From the NCBI RefSeq assembly GCF_000142905.1, contig NW_013657643.1, forward strand, positions 13,542 through 77,541: a stretch of 64,000 nucleotides of DNA, written 5' to 3'. The notes below the pieces were generated by a model. It had not been told where the DNA came from. It saw nothing but the letters and a program-made list of their open reading frames with translations, and ran no database searches. This document shows, in pieces, positions 1 to 10,062 of this stretch. Positions within the stretch are counted from its first letter, which is position 1, and the number at the start of each line of letters is the position of its first letter. Origin of the DNA: Thecamonas trahens ATCC 50062. Taxonomy: Eukaryota > Protista > Apusomonadida. Both the position numbers and the translations under genes were made by a program.

Positions 1-327
1 TTTGTTCGCCAGCAGTTCTACCACCCGCAGTGCTTCCAGTGCGCCGTCCCCAATTGTACCTACGAGATGGTCTCGGACGAGTTCCTCGACCCCAATACTG
101 GCAAACCCATCTGCCGCTACCACTTTTTCGACATGCAGGGCCTCATCTGCTCCGTCTGCGACGAGCCCATCGACGTGCTGCTTAACCAGCAGTCTGTGGC
201 CGTCGGCGACGCCCGCTTCCACTCGGCCTGCTTCAAGTGCACCCGCTGCCGCAAGCCCATCAAGCAGTTCCGCAAGGGCCCGGACACCAAGATCTACTGC
301 AAGGAGTGCCACACCATGGTCTTTTAG
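1..327 (+). CDS. LIM-domain protein, 3' part (5' end outside window)
   Basis: Frame open from base 1: ...YHPQCFQC...PICRYH, then a full LIM domain CSVC...FHSACFKCTRC...IYCKECH. Confidence 0.9.
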   Translation, partial: FVRQQFYHPQCFQCAVPNCTYEMVSDEFLDPNTGKPICRYHFFDMQGLICSVCDEPIDVLLNQQSVAVGDARFHSACFKCTRCRKPIKQFRKGPDTKIYCKECHTMVF

Positions 328-640
328 CCAGCCTTGTTGTACCTCTCCTCGCTCCGCCCCTTGCTCGCCGGCTCGACCCCCCCCCTCCCCCCCTATCCCC
401 CAACTCGCCTGCCTCCCCTCTCCCCGGCCTGCCTGTACATCTCTGCACGCCCCGTCTCACCCGTCAAAGGTACACCCGCAAAGATCACAACCTTCCCGCA
501 GCCCCCCAGCCCCCCAGCCCCAGCCCCAGCCCCAGCCCACAAGCCCGCGTGCAGCACCCCCACGCTCACCCCCACCCCCACACCACCTCACCTCACCCCA
601 CACCACCTCACCCCCCACCCCCCACCCCACCCTCTCACCC

Positions 641-2064
641 ATGCCACCTTCCACCACCCTCTCCCTCGTCCTCATCTCCCTCGTCCTCTCCCTCTCCCTC
701 TCCACTACCACTGCCTCGTCGCCTTGCACAGGCACAGTTCTCTGGTACGCTCCTCCTCCTCCTCCTCCTCGACTTCTCCCAAACGAGCAAACGAGTCCTC
801 CCCTCCTCCTCTCCTCGGAACGAACGAACGAACGAGTAACTCACAACTCCCGTCGGATCGCTATTCTTGCCGTCTGCCACCATCTCACTCACGGTGTGGC
901 TCTTGCTGCCGACGCTGCAGTCGGACTGAGCCCACCGGAGATGCACCCGCGGGAACTCTAGTCCTTGCGGGGCACCCGGCCAACCCGGGGCAGAGGGACA
1001 CTGAGTCCCTCGCCCTTGGCCCGGGTGTGCCCCTATGGGGCGTGTTATGTTTGGTACGTCCTCCCTTCTCCTTGGTTCCCCCCCTCCTCCCCTCCTCCCG
1101 GATGGCGCGTATTTTCCACCATCCACCACCACCCCCCCCTCCCTCCAGCCACCCCATGGCTACCCAAGCAGACACATGATGAAAGAATACATACAACATA
1201 CATCTTAGGACACTTATGAGCCCAAAGGGCTGAGATCAGAATTGTTTTCCAACCTGATGTCTTGCTATCTCGCCTTGTCCACACGGCCCCCCCTCCCCCC
1301 CTTTGGCTGCCCGCCGAGGATTCTGGGGATGGCGGTCGGTGGTTACGGTGAAACTTTTTTTTCTCCCTTCTGCTTCCTCCTCCTCCTCCTCCATGTAGAC
1401 TCACAGCAACGACCGACGACAACAGTGTAATGCCTCCAAAGCTCTCGACACCCGACTTCACGTGGTGATGTGCAGGACGATGCAGTGTGCTGGGTCTGCA
1501 GAACTGATCTGTAGATCCATCGCTCCGCGCGTGTGGGCGCTACCGCGCTCCGCCGCAGACAGCCACCTGCTGCCGCCGCACGCACCGCTGTCGACGCCCA
1601 AGCACGCTGCCGCTAACCGCGGCGCGGCTTCGTCGACGCGCTCTCAGCCGCAGACGACGCTGATGTCGTCTCCGCCGCCGCCGCCGCCACCCCAGTCCCG
1701 GCCTCCGCCCCCGGTCTTCTCCGGACAGGGCAAGGTTGTGATCATTGTGGTCGGCGCGGTTGTCGGGCTTGCGCTCGTGGTCATGGCCGTCGGCTTGGTC
1801 CTGTGTCTGCGCGTCCGCTCCGGACGCCGCGGCTACGACGAGCTGGCCGGCCGCATCGACGAGGCTTCGCGGGAGGCGCCGACTCGGCACAACCCGCTCG
1901 ATTGGCCCCCGTCCACAACGCCGTACACCAAGTTTGACGCCGACTTTCGGCCGCTGCCCAAGTTCTGGCGCATGGGAACCGATCCCGCCAGCGGCAAGCC
2001 GTTCTACTTTCAGCGTCAGACCCGTGTTCGCTCCAAGCGCAGGCCCAAGAGCGTGTACAAGTAG
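641..2064 (+). CDS. Type I membrane protein: signal peptide, Cys/Pro-containing ectodomain, one TM helix, cytosolic WW-like domain. Exons 641-744, 921-1053, 1399-2064
   Basis: Signal-like MPPSTTLSLVLISLVLSLSLSTTTAS; GTACG donors at 745 and 1054; CAG/TAG acceptors with matching phases; TM VVIIVVGAVVGLALVVMAVGLVLCL; WW-like LPKFWRMGTDPASGKPFYFQRQTRVRSKRRP. Confidence 0.6.
1170..1262 (+). ncRNA. Intronic box C/D snoRNA with U58/SNORD58-like LSU rRNA guide
   Basis: Terminal stem AGACA(1170-1174)/TGTCT(1258-1262); box C ATGATGA 1176-1182; box D CTGA 1254-1257; D' ATGA 1216-1219 followed by a GCCC-AAA-GGGC hairpin and a C'-like TGAGA. CATCTTAGGACAC (1201-1213) is antisense to conserved LSU rRNA GTGTCCTAAGATG. 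It is an AT-rich island inside predicted intron 1054-1398. Confidence 0.75.
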
Positions 2065-2207
2065 CGGTCCCATCGAGAGCGTGTATTCCACGCGAGGACC
2101 CGCTTTGTATGTATTAATGAACAAGCATCAACACCAATCAATCTGCTGGGTGTGTGCCACCGTGCCGGCTGCGCCTCGGTGCCGACTGCGCCCTCCGTGC
2201 CTGATGC

Positions 2208-2912
2208 CTACGCCTCACTTCCCACGTCTACGTACGCCAGCTCGGTGAGCGTGGCGACGTTGACAGGGTCGATCCACGCCGGCGAGTTGGACTCGGCCCA
2301 TGCGTCCACCACAGCAGAGGCACTCTCCGGCTCGACGTCCGCGTCCTCGCCATACAGCGCGACAACGAGCTCGTCGTCGAGCAGCGTCCGCTTCCGCGCC
2401 CGCGACCGCGTGTACTGCATGACCATCGCGTCGACGGCGTCCATTGTCTCGAGCATCCGTGCCTCGAGCGCCTCGTTCACGCCTTCCACCCCCAGCACGG
2501 TCTCAATCGCGGCCACAGCCGCCCGCCCGGCCTTCTCCATCGCCTCCAACACGGCATCGAGCGGCTCGGCCGCCTTGCGGGTCCGACTCACAAGCAACTC
2601 CATCCTCTGGCGAATCCGCGCACGCACCCGCACTCGCCCGCCGGAATGCCGATCTAGCAGCGTCGAGCCATCCATCGCCGTCAGTGACTCTGCACTCTCC
2701 GAGCCGACCACTCCCCCAGCCTCCATAAACGCTGCCGCCGTCGTCACCGACCGCCTCGCCGGCCCGCTACTACTCAGCGCCGCCAGCGATGCCCGCCGCT
2801 CCGCCAACGTCGCCACACCCTGCAGACTCTTGTACACCGCCAGGTGGTGGTAGTCCCATCCTGCCACCGCCTCGGCGAGCGCAGACAACGCCGTCTGAAT
2901 GGCCTCACTCAT
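2208..2912 (-). CDS. Helical protein, possibly C1orf109/AIRIM-like ribosome-maturation factor
   Basis: 234-aa ORF from MSEAIQTAL. Segments (W...L..VATLAE; VRARIRQRME; Y.RS.ARKR.LL; AVVDAW) recall C1orf109 from memory only. Confidence 0.4.
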   Translation of the reverse strand: MSEAIQTALSALAEAVAGWDYHHLAVYKSLQGVATLAERRASLAALSSSGPARRSVTTAAAFMEAGGVVGSESAESLTAMDGSTLLDRHSGGRVRVRARIRQRMELLVSRTRKAAEPLDAVLEAMEKAGRAAVAAIETVLGVEGVNEALEARMLETMDAVDAMVMQYTRSRARKRTLLDDELVVALYGEDADVEPESASAVVDAWAESNSPAWIDPVNVATLTELAYVDVGSEA

Positions 2913-3024
2913 ATGCCCTCGCGCCAAGTCGAGTCTGCCGTCTGCTGCCTCCCCCCTCCCCCCCCCCCCCCCCCCCCTCCCCCGGCCACACACACAGGCG
3001 TCATTGACCGACACCTCTCCGCCC

Positions 3025-4463
3025 ATGCCGCCCTGCCCACCCAGACTCATCACCCTCACCCTCACCCTCGTCCTCGTCCTTGCCATCTCCTCTGCTACCG
3101 CACACATCCCCGTCGTGCACTATCATGGCGTAGAGACGTTCACAGAGCTGGCCGCCGCCGGACTGCCTGTCGTCGTCCGCGGCTCGCCGATGGCCGCGTG
3201 GGTCGCTGCTGGAGACTGGACACCTGAGGCCGTCATGGCTCGCGCCGGCAGGGCTACCAAGGTACTGGCCAAGATTGGCGAGTCACAGAGCCCGTGGTTC
3301 TACAAAGGATGCTGCCCGGCGAGCCAGATTGCTCTGGCCGATGTCCTCATCCCGCCCATCTCGGCACTCGACGTGGCCGACGACGACAGCCCCGGCTCGG
3401 AGATCTACTACTACGCCTCGTATCTGCGCGGACCGCTCTTGCCTCTTGCTGCTGTGCTGGACGATGCAGATGCTGCTGGTGTCTATGTTCGCGGCTCGCA
3501 TCCAGACTCGCGCGGACACCAGTTCTGGACTGGCTCGCCGTCCGCCACCACCCTGCTGCACTACGATCCGGTCCACAATGTGTATGCACAGCTACACGGG
3601 CGGAAGCGGTTTGCGCTTGCGCCGTCACAAGCCTGGCCCCATCTTGGCGTCTTTCCCCGCCACCACATGCAGCACCGCGATGCCCGCTTTGCCCGCTCGC
3701 ACAAGCTTGAGCTCGAGATCGTCGATCTTGTCGCTGGCGACGTCCTCTACCTCCCGCCAGGCACCTTTCACCAGGTCTCGGCCCTCGCTGACTCGGACGG
3801 CCCCTCGATCTCGGTCAACTTTTGGTCGGGCGTGGCGCTTGTTGAGGACCTGGATGCGCTGTGGGAGCTTCCGCTTGCTTTGCGCCGCCCCAGATCCCGC
3901 TCTCGCCCCGGATCCCATGCTCGGCGGTGGCGTCGCTGCTTGACGCCCTCGCCGCCGCTGCCTCGCCGCACCTTGCCTTTGCCCCGTACTCCTCCCTCCG
4001 CGCTGCTCTCCGCACCATGTATCCGCCCGAGGGCGTCATCGAGACCCCGACGACCTCGCCATTTCGTCCGGTCTACGGCTCCGAGGCCAGCAATCCCGAC
4101 CTCAAGCACCACGCCGGGCTCATCCGCCAGCACGCCCGCGCTACGGCCGCAGGGCTGGCTCGCCCGCTCCACCGCCCAGCTCACCAGTGTCGGCTTGATC
4201 TCGACTTGGTCACCGCTTTTCCGGCTCGGGCTGCCGATGCCCTCGACGTCGCTGCCACTTCCGCCCTCGCTGACGCCTTTGCCCGTCTCGCCGCTCGCGA
4301 TGATGCCCAGCGCGCACCAGGCCTCGTCGCCATGTACATCGGCCACTACCTCGACGACATGCTCTCTCTCCTCTACGGCATGGACGCCGCCTCCTCCATC
4401 GCCCACATCATCCTCTCCGCCCCTCCACCCGCATCACCACCTACACCCCAACCCACCCCATAG
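3025..4463 (+). CDS. JmjC (cupin-like 8) 2-oxoglutarate/Fe(II) oxygenase with signal peptide; apparent 1-nt frameshift at ~3879-3881
   Basis: TLLHYDPVHNVYAQLHGRKRF (HxD), GDVLYLPPGTFHQV (distal His), ISVNFW; hydrophobic N-terminus. The helical C-terminus continues in the 3861-4463 frame if one T is added (LPLAFAPPQ). Confidence 0.8.
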
Positions 4464-4723
4464 CACTCCAACGAGTAAACGCTCATGCCAATCCGATCGC
4501 CTTCCTCGCCGCCCGCCGCCCTCGCCGCCCGCCGCCTCCCCGCCCGCCACTTCGCGCCCACTGGCACCACCCCCACCTGACTGCGCGCCATGTCCTCCCG
4601 CCACGGCCACGCCCGCCAGGCCCTCTCCCGCACAGCCATGGTACGACCACCCCACCCCACCCCATCCCTCCACCCCCTACCCACCCCCCTCACCACCTCC
4701 ACTCACTGCCTACCCAGTCCGTG

Positions 4724-6553
4724 ATGGGCTACTCGGCGAGGTATGCCTCCGGCTCCGAGTCCGCCTCGTCAGCCTCGTCCGACGACTACTATCACCCTGC
4801 TCCCGCTCCTGCCACGTCTCGCCGATCGTCCCGAATGTCTCGCCCGCGCACCCGCTACGACAGCGACGACGATGATGGGGACTACTACGATGTGCTGGCG
4901 GCGTCAGAGCGGGTGTCGAGCGGAAAGACCCGCGTTGAGTTGCGCCTCGACCCTCCGCCGCCTCGCTCCCGCCGCCCGCCGCCCACACGCTCCTCCCCGC
5001 CCACACGCTCCTCGCCCCTTACTGATGAGTACAGTGACTCCAATGAGCAGGACGAGTCAGCTCGCTTCCGAGCCACTCCCCGCGCTGCCCGCTCCTCGCT
5101 GGATGAGGTATATGCTCGTTACGGGAGCCATCGCCAGTTGGCGAGCCCGCCGCGTCAACGGGCTGTCGTCGCGCCACTGGCCGAGCCAGCCCCACATGCG
5201 CTCGAGGCGGCGCGGATCGAGCTGGCGACGCTCTCGTCGGCGCTGCAGAACAAGTCGGAAGTTATTGCAGCCCGCGAGGCTCAGCTTGAGACGCGCGAGG
5301 CCGATGTATCTCGCCGCGAGGCTGACCTCCACCAACGGATCCTTGATCTGCGCCAGGGCGAGGACGAGGTCCTCCGCGGCGCGCGCATGGTCGCCAACGC
5401 GCAAGCTGAGGCCGATGCCCAGGTGGTCGAGGTTGAGGCTGAGTTTAAGATGGTGCTGGGTAGGACCCGCGCCCGTCTCGCGAGTGTGGAGGAGGAGTTG
5501 GTCCGGGTTCGGGCGCTGGCCAGCAAGCTGAAACGGGCCAAGGCCGAGGCCGAGGAAAAGGCCGCCAAGCAGCTGGCCGCCACCTCAGAGTCGGAGGCCA
5601 AGCTCTCAGCCGCTCGCAAGCGTATCGCCAAGCTTGAGCACAAGCTGATGCTGACCAAGACCTCTCCATCGGTGCACTCGCCGCCGTCGGCGTCTCCTGG
5701 CCCGACGCCTCCGTCGCCGACACCCGCTTCGCCGTCCAAGCCATCAAGCGCTACAAAGGCGGCAAGGGCGGCGTACGCGCTGTCGGCGGCGCTGATGACT
5801 GTGGCCACGGCGGCACTGGCCGGCGAGCGTGTTCCGCGCGCCCAGCTGGTCGGCTTGGCTCCACTGCTCGCGCCTGCGGTCCGTCTCACCGCCTCGCGGC
5901 CGGCCGACGACCAAGCTGCGCTGCTCCAAATGGTGCTTGCCGTCGAGCGGGCGGCGCTCTCATCTGATGCCAAGGCGCCGTACTCGGTCCGCAAGCTCGG
6001 CGACGACGTCTTTGCCGCGCCGCGCAACAGCTACCTCGCCGCGCTCGAGCCCGAGGTCCAGGCGCTTGCCGCGCTCGCTGTCATCGGCGCACGCGGCGGC
6101 GTCGACAAGGTCTCGGGCGCACTCAACGTCTTGCGCTCGCTTGTCCAGCGCGACTCTGTCCGTGCGATCCTGCACCAGCACGCTGCGCCGTCGCTGTTCC
6201 TCGCCGCGCTGAGCGGCGCAGCGACCGGCCGTGCCGTCTGCCCTCTCTGGTCGCCACTCGCCGCCGTCCTCCTCTCGCTCGTCTCTGCCGACACCGCCTT
6301 TGCCGCCGCCCTCGCCACCCCCGAGTGGATGGACGCTCTCGCGACCGCTGTCCCCGTCATCGATCCGCAGGATCTCGACTCGCTCTCGGTCGTCATCCAG
6401 AACATCGCTGCCACACCCGCAGGCGCAACCGCCTTTGCCGCCTCCACCCTCAAGCCCGCCCTCCTCGAACTCCGCCGACACGGCACCCTCTCTGACTTTG
6501 CCGGCATGAACATCGACGCCGCTCTTGCTGCATCAACGCCCGCACCCCGCTAA
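4724..6553 (+). CDS. Coiled-coil protein with ARM-like C-terminus, CCDC138-like
   Basis: Low-complexity N-terminus, long coiled coil, then VRKLGDDVF...LDSLSVVIQNI...FAGMNI, resembling the CCDC138 C-terminal domain (LRRLGEDIF, LEKLSIILQKL, FLCINL) from memory. Confidence 0.6.
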   Translation: MGYSARYASGSESASSASSDDYYHPAPAPATSRRSSRMSRPRTRYDSDDDDGDYYDVLAASERVSSGKTRVELRLDPPPPRSRRPPPTRSSPPTRSSPLTDEYSDSNEQDESARFRATPRAARSSLDEVYARYGSHRQLASPPRQRAVVAPLAEPAPHALEAARIELATLSSALQNKSEVIAAREAQLETREADVSRREADLHQRILDLRQGEDEVLRGARMVANAQAEADAQVVEVEAEFKMVLGRTRARLASVEEELVRVRALASKLKRAKAEAEEKAAKQLAATSESEAKLSAARKRIAKLEHKLMLTKTSPSVHSPPSASPGPTPPSPTPASPSKPSSATKAARAAYALSAALMTVATAALAGERVPRAQLVGLAPLLAPAVRLTASRPADDQAALLQMVLAVERAALSSDAKAPYSVRKLGDDVFAAPRNSYLAALEPEVQALAALAVIGARGGVDKVSGALNVLRSLVQRDSVRAILHQHAAPSLFLAALSGAATGRAVCPLWSPLAAVLLSLVSADTAFAAALATPEWMDALATAVPVIDPQDLDSLSVVIQNIAATPAGATAFAASTLKPALLELRRHGTLSDFAGMNIDAALAASTPAPR

Positions 6554-6685
6554 ACCCATGAACTCCCCGCCCGCCGCCGGCCACCGCCCTCCGCCCGTGA
6601 CCCGCCGACCAGACTCTGTCGACGTCAGCACACGGCACCCCCTCTCTCCCCCTTTCCACTCCCTCCCCCTCCCCCCCTATCCCTT

Positions 6686-8506
6686 ATGACCTCCCCTTCC
6701 ACCACGATTGATGCCGCCAAGCAGTGGGCGACCTGGTCCCGCGAGGTCGGTGACACTAAGCGTGCCGACGAGATGGCCGCCCTTGTGGAGGCCGGCGACG
6801 AGGAGGCTGTGGCCAGAGCCATGGTCCCGCGCATTGCCTTTGGCACCTCGGGCCTCCGCGCCAAGATGGCTGCTGGGGCTGCCCATATGAACACTCTGGT
6901 TGTCCTCCAGACCACCCAGGGCGTGCTCCGTGTCATGCGCGAGACCGGCGTGCTCGAGGGCGTGGACAAGCCCGCGGTCTTCATTGCCTACGACGGCCGC
7001 CACGAGTCGTATCACTACGCCAAAACGGCGGCCGGCGTCTTCCTCGCCGCCGGCATCTCGGTCCTCCTCCCGTCAAAGACCATGGCCACGCCGTTTGCCT
7101 CGTACTCGATTGCCCATCCGCTCGACTCGGCCCCGGCCCCGCTGGTCGGCATCGTCGTCACCGCCTCCCACAACCCGGCCTCGGACAACGGGTACAAAGT
7201 GTACTGGGACAACGGCGCCGCCATTCTCCCGCCGCTGGCCACTACCATTTCCGACGCTATCACCCGTGATCTTGCTCCCGGCTTTGATCGGGTCCTCCCT
7301 GAGGACGTCGTCGCCCACGAGGGCTGCATCGATGTGTACGACGACCTCGTCGCCGCCTACATTGCCGCCCTCTCGCACGCGCATCGCATCGACCCGCCGC
7401 CGGCTGCGGCCAAGCCCGTCGTCTACACCGCCATGCACGGCGTCGGCACCCCGTTCATTACCGCCGCCTTTGCCGCCGTCGGGCAGGAGCCGCCGGTCCT
7501 CGTCGCCGAGCAGGCCGAGGCCGACCCGGACTTTTCTACCGTCACCTTCCCCAACCCGGAGGAGGGTAAGGGTGCGCTGAAGCTGGCCATCGAGACCGCC
7601 AACCGCGTCGGTGCCGACCTTGTCCTCGCAAACGACCCTGATGCCGACCGCCTCGCCGTCGCCGAGCGCGGTGCCGACGGTGAGTTCTACATCTTCAACG
7701 GCAACGAGCTCGGCCTGCTGTTTGCGGCTCGGGCGTGGACTCTGCTCCCGGAAGCTGCCCGCGAGGACCCAAGCTCGCACGTCTTTATCAACACTGTCGT
7801 CTCGTCGTCGGCGCTCATGGCGTTTGCCAAGTCGGTCGGAGCCGAGTACGCGAGCACCCTCACCGGCTTCAAGTACATGGGCAACAAGGCCATCGAGCTG
7901 AAGGAGGCCGGTAAGAACGTGGTCTTTACCTACGAGGAGGCCATCGGCTTCCTCCCGGGCACCATCGTCTTTGACAAGGACGGCATCCAGTCGGCCGTCC
8001 TCGCCGCCCAGTACTGGCAGAGCCTCGCCGCCGGCGCCGGCGGCGTCACCACCGGCCTCTTCCGCACCGAGCTCGACCGCCTCTACGCCACCATTGGCTA
8101 CTTTTACATCGAGACCCAGTACCACTTTTGCCACGAGCGCAAGACCATCGACGCCATCCTCGACGCCGTCCGTGACAACGAGGCCTACGCCCGCGATGAC
8201 TTTGCCGCCGCAGGCTTTGACGTCGTCCGCGTCCGCGACCAGACCACTGGCTTTGACGACGGTGAGACCGACGGCAAGACCCGCCTCCCGGTCGGCGACC
8301 CCATGATCACCTGGTGGTTCGCCAACGGCGCCGTCGCCACCGTCCGCGCCTCCGGCACCGAGCCCAAGCTCAAGCGCTACGTCGAGGTCAAGGGCGCGAG
8401 CTCCGACAAGGCCGCCGTCGTCGCCGCCCAGAAGAAGCTCGACGACGCCATCGTCTCCATCGTCCTCAAGCCCGAGCAGAACGGGCTCATTGCCAAGGGC
8501 GAGTAG
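6686..8506 (+). CDS. PGM2: Phosphoglucomutase-2 / phosphopentomutase (alpha-D-phosphohexomutase)
   Basis: FGTSGLR, catalytic TASHNP, metal loop DPDADR, TLTGFKY, YEEAIG, RASGTEPKLK; intronless. Confidence 0.93.
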   Translation: MTSPSTTIDAAKQWATWSREVGDTKRADEMAALVEAGDEEAVARAMVPRIAFGTSGLRAKMAAGAAHMNTLVVLQTTQGVLRVMRETGVLEGVDKPAVFIAYDGRHESYHYAKTAAGVFLAAGISVLLPSKTMATPFASYSIAHPLDSAPAPLVGIVVTASHNPASDNGYKVYWDNGAAILPPLATTISDAITRDLAPGFDRVLPEDVVAHEGCIDVYDDLVAAYIAALSHAHRIDPPPAAAKPVVYTAMHGVGTPFITAAFAAVGQEPPVLVAEQAEADPDFSTVTFPNPEEGKGALKLAIETANRVGADLVLANDPDADRLAVAERGADGEFYIFNGNELGLLFAARAWTLLPEAAREDPSSHVFINTVVSSSALMAFAKSVGAEYASTLTGFKYMGNKAIELKEAGKNVVFTYEEAIGFLPGTIVFDKDGIQSAVLAAQYWQSLAAGAGGVTTGLFRTELDRLYATIGYFYIETQYHFCHERKTIDAILDAVRDNEAYARDDFAAAGFDVVRVRDQTTGFDDGETDGKTRLPVGDPMITWWFANGAVATVRASGTEPKLKRYVEVKGASSDKAAVVAAQKKLDDAIVSIVLKPEQNGLIAKGE

Positions 8507-8521
8507 TCGCACCGCCCTGCC

Positions 8522-9397
8522 TCACCCGCGCATCGCGTCGCCCACCACGCCCACCAACTCGGCGAGCACGCCAGCGTCTTGAAAGTAAAAGTGTTCGCCG
8601 CGGAAGACGTGGACCGCACAGGGCCCGCGCGCCAGCGCCCGCCACTCGGCCTCCATCTCGTCGGGCGCGATGCGCGCGTCGTGAGCCCCGGCGCAGATCG
8701 CCATCGGCACGTCCACCCCGCGGCTCTCCGCCCGCTCGTTGGAATACTCGAGCATGAGCCGAAAGTCGGTGCGAAGGACAGGCAGAACGAGCGTCTCCAT
8801 AAACTCCTTCGACGCCAGGATCTCTGGCGGTGTCCCACCCATCGTCACCAGGTACGAGGTGAGGCCCTCGTCCGTCAGCTCCGAGGCGAGGAGCGACGAG
8901 ACCGGAAACGCCGACCGGGCCGAGACAATGAGCGCCTTGGGCATCGGCAGAGCGCACACAGTCTCCATCGCCACGCCAGCCGCCGCCGCCGCCTCTTCCA
9001 CCGCTGCTGCCAGCTCGGCATCGGCCCCACTCGCCTTGCCATCGCCGTTCCCGGCACCGACCGCCATCAGCGCCCGCACCACCTCGTACGCCAGCGTGGC
9101 GCCCATCGAGTGGCCAAACACCACATACTCGCCACCTGCGCCCATTTCAGAGGCCATCGCCACCACCGCCTCGCCCACAATGCCCGCCACCGACGAAGGA
9201 TGAGCCTCGCTCATCCGCACCCCGCGACCCGGCAGCTGCAGCGCCCGCCAACTCAGCCGAGGCGCCGCCCGAGCAAAGGGCACAAACGAGGTCGCCGAGC
9301 CACCAGCATGGTGAAAGGCATACACCACACCATCGGACTCTGTGACCTCTCCTCCAGGCACCCGCAGCTGCGTAAAGATCTCCTTTTTCTTCGACAT
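8522..9397 (-). CDS. Type II thioesterase (GrsT/RifR/OLAH-like alpha/beta hydrolase)
   Basis: FHHAGGSA, LQLPGRG, GHSMG nucleophile, LPVLRTD, FRGEHFY. The frame stays open upstream through a His-rich stretch into the gap, so the start is uncertain. Confidence 0.88.
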   Translation of the reverse strand: MSKKKEIFTQLRVPGGEVTESDGVVYAFHHAGGSATSFVPFARAAPRLSWRALQLPGRGVRMSEAHPSSVAGIVGEAVVAMASEMGAGGEYVVFGHSMGATLAYEVVRALMAVGAGNGDGKASGADAELAAAVEEAAAAAGVAMETVCALPMPKALIVSARSAFPVSSLLASELTDEGLTSYLVTMGGTPPEILASKEFMETLVLPVLRTDFRLMLEYSNERAESRGVDVPMAICAGAHDARIAPDEMEAEWRALARGPCAVHVFRGEHFYFQDAGVLAELVGVVGDAMRG

Positions 9398-9609
9398 GAC
9401 CACACCCAGCGCCCAGTTAGAGGAGTGCCAGTCGGTACCGTGGTGGTGGTAGTGGTGGTGGTGGTGGTGGCCGTGGTGGCCGTGGTCGTCGTGGTTGAGC
9501 CCCCTGCCATCGCCACCGCCACCACCACCCGATCCCCTTTCCTGACCAACCTCTCCCTCCAGCTCTCCCTGTCTGACACCCCCCCTCTCACGCCCCCCCC
9601 CCCCCAACC

Positions 9610-10046
9610 NNNNNNNNNNNNNNNNNNNNNNNNNNNNNNNNNNNNNNNNNNNNNNNNNNNNNNNNNNNNNNNNNNNNNNNNNNNNNNNNNNNNNNNNNNN
9701 NNNNNNNNNNNNNNNNNNNNNNNNNNNNNNNNNNNNNNNNNNNNNNNNNNNNNNNNNNNNNNNNNNNNNNNNNNNNNNNNNNNNNNNNNNNNNNNNNNNN
9801 NNNNNNNNNNNNNNNNNNNNNNNNNNNNNNNNNNNNNNNNNNNNNNNNNNNNNNNNNNNNNNNNNNNNNNNNNNNNNNNNNNNNNNNNNNNNNNNNNNNN
9901 NNNNNNNNNNNNNNNNNNNNNNNNNNNNNNNNNNNNNNNNNNNNNNNNNNNNNNNNNNNNNNNNNNNNNNNNNNNNNNNNNNNNNNNNNNNNNNNNNNNN
10001 NNNNNNNNNNNNNNNNNNNNNNNNNNNNNNNNNNNNNNNNNNNNNN
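9610..10046. other. Assembly gap (N run)
   Basis: Run of N. Confidence 1.
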
Positions 10047-10062
10047 CCTCTACCTCCTCGCC

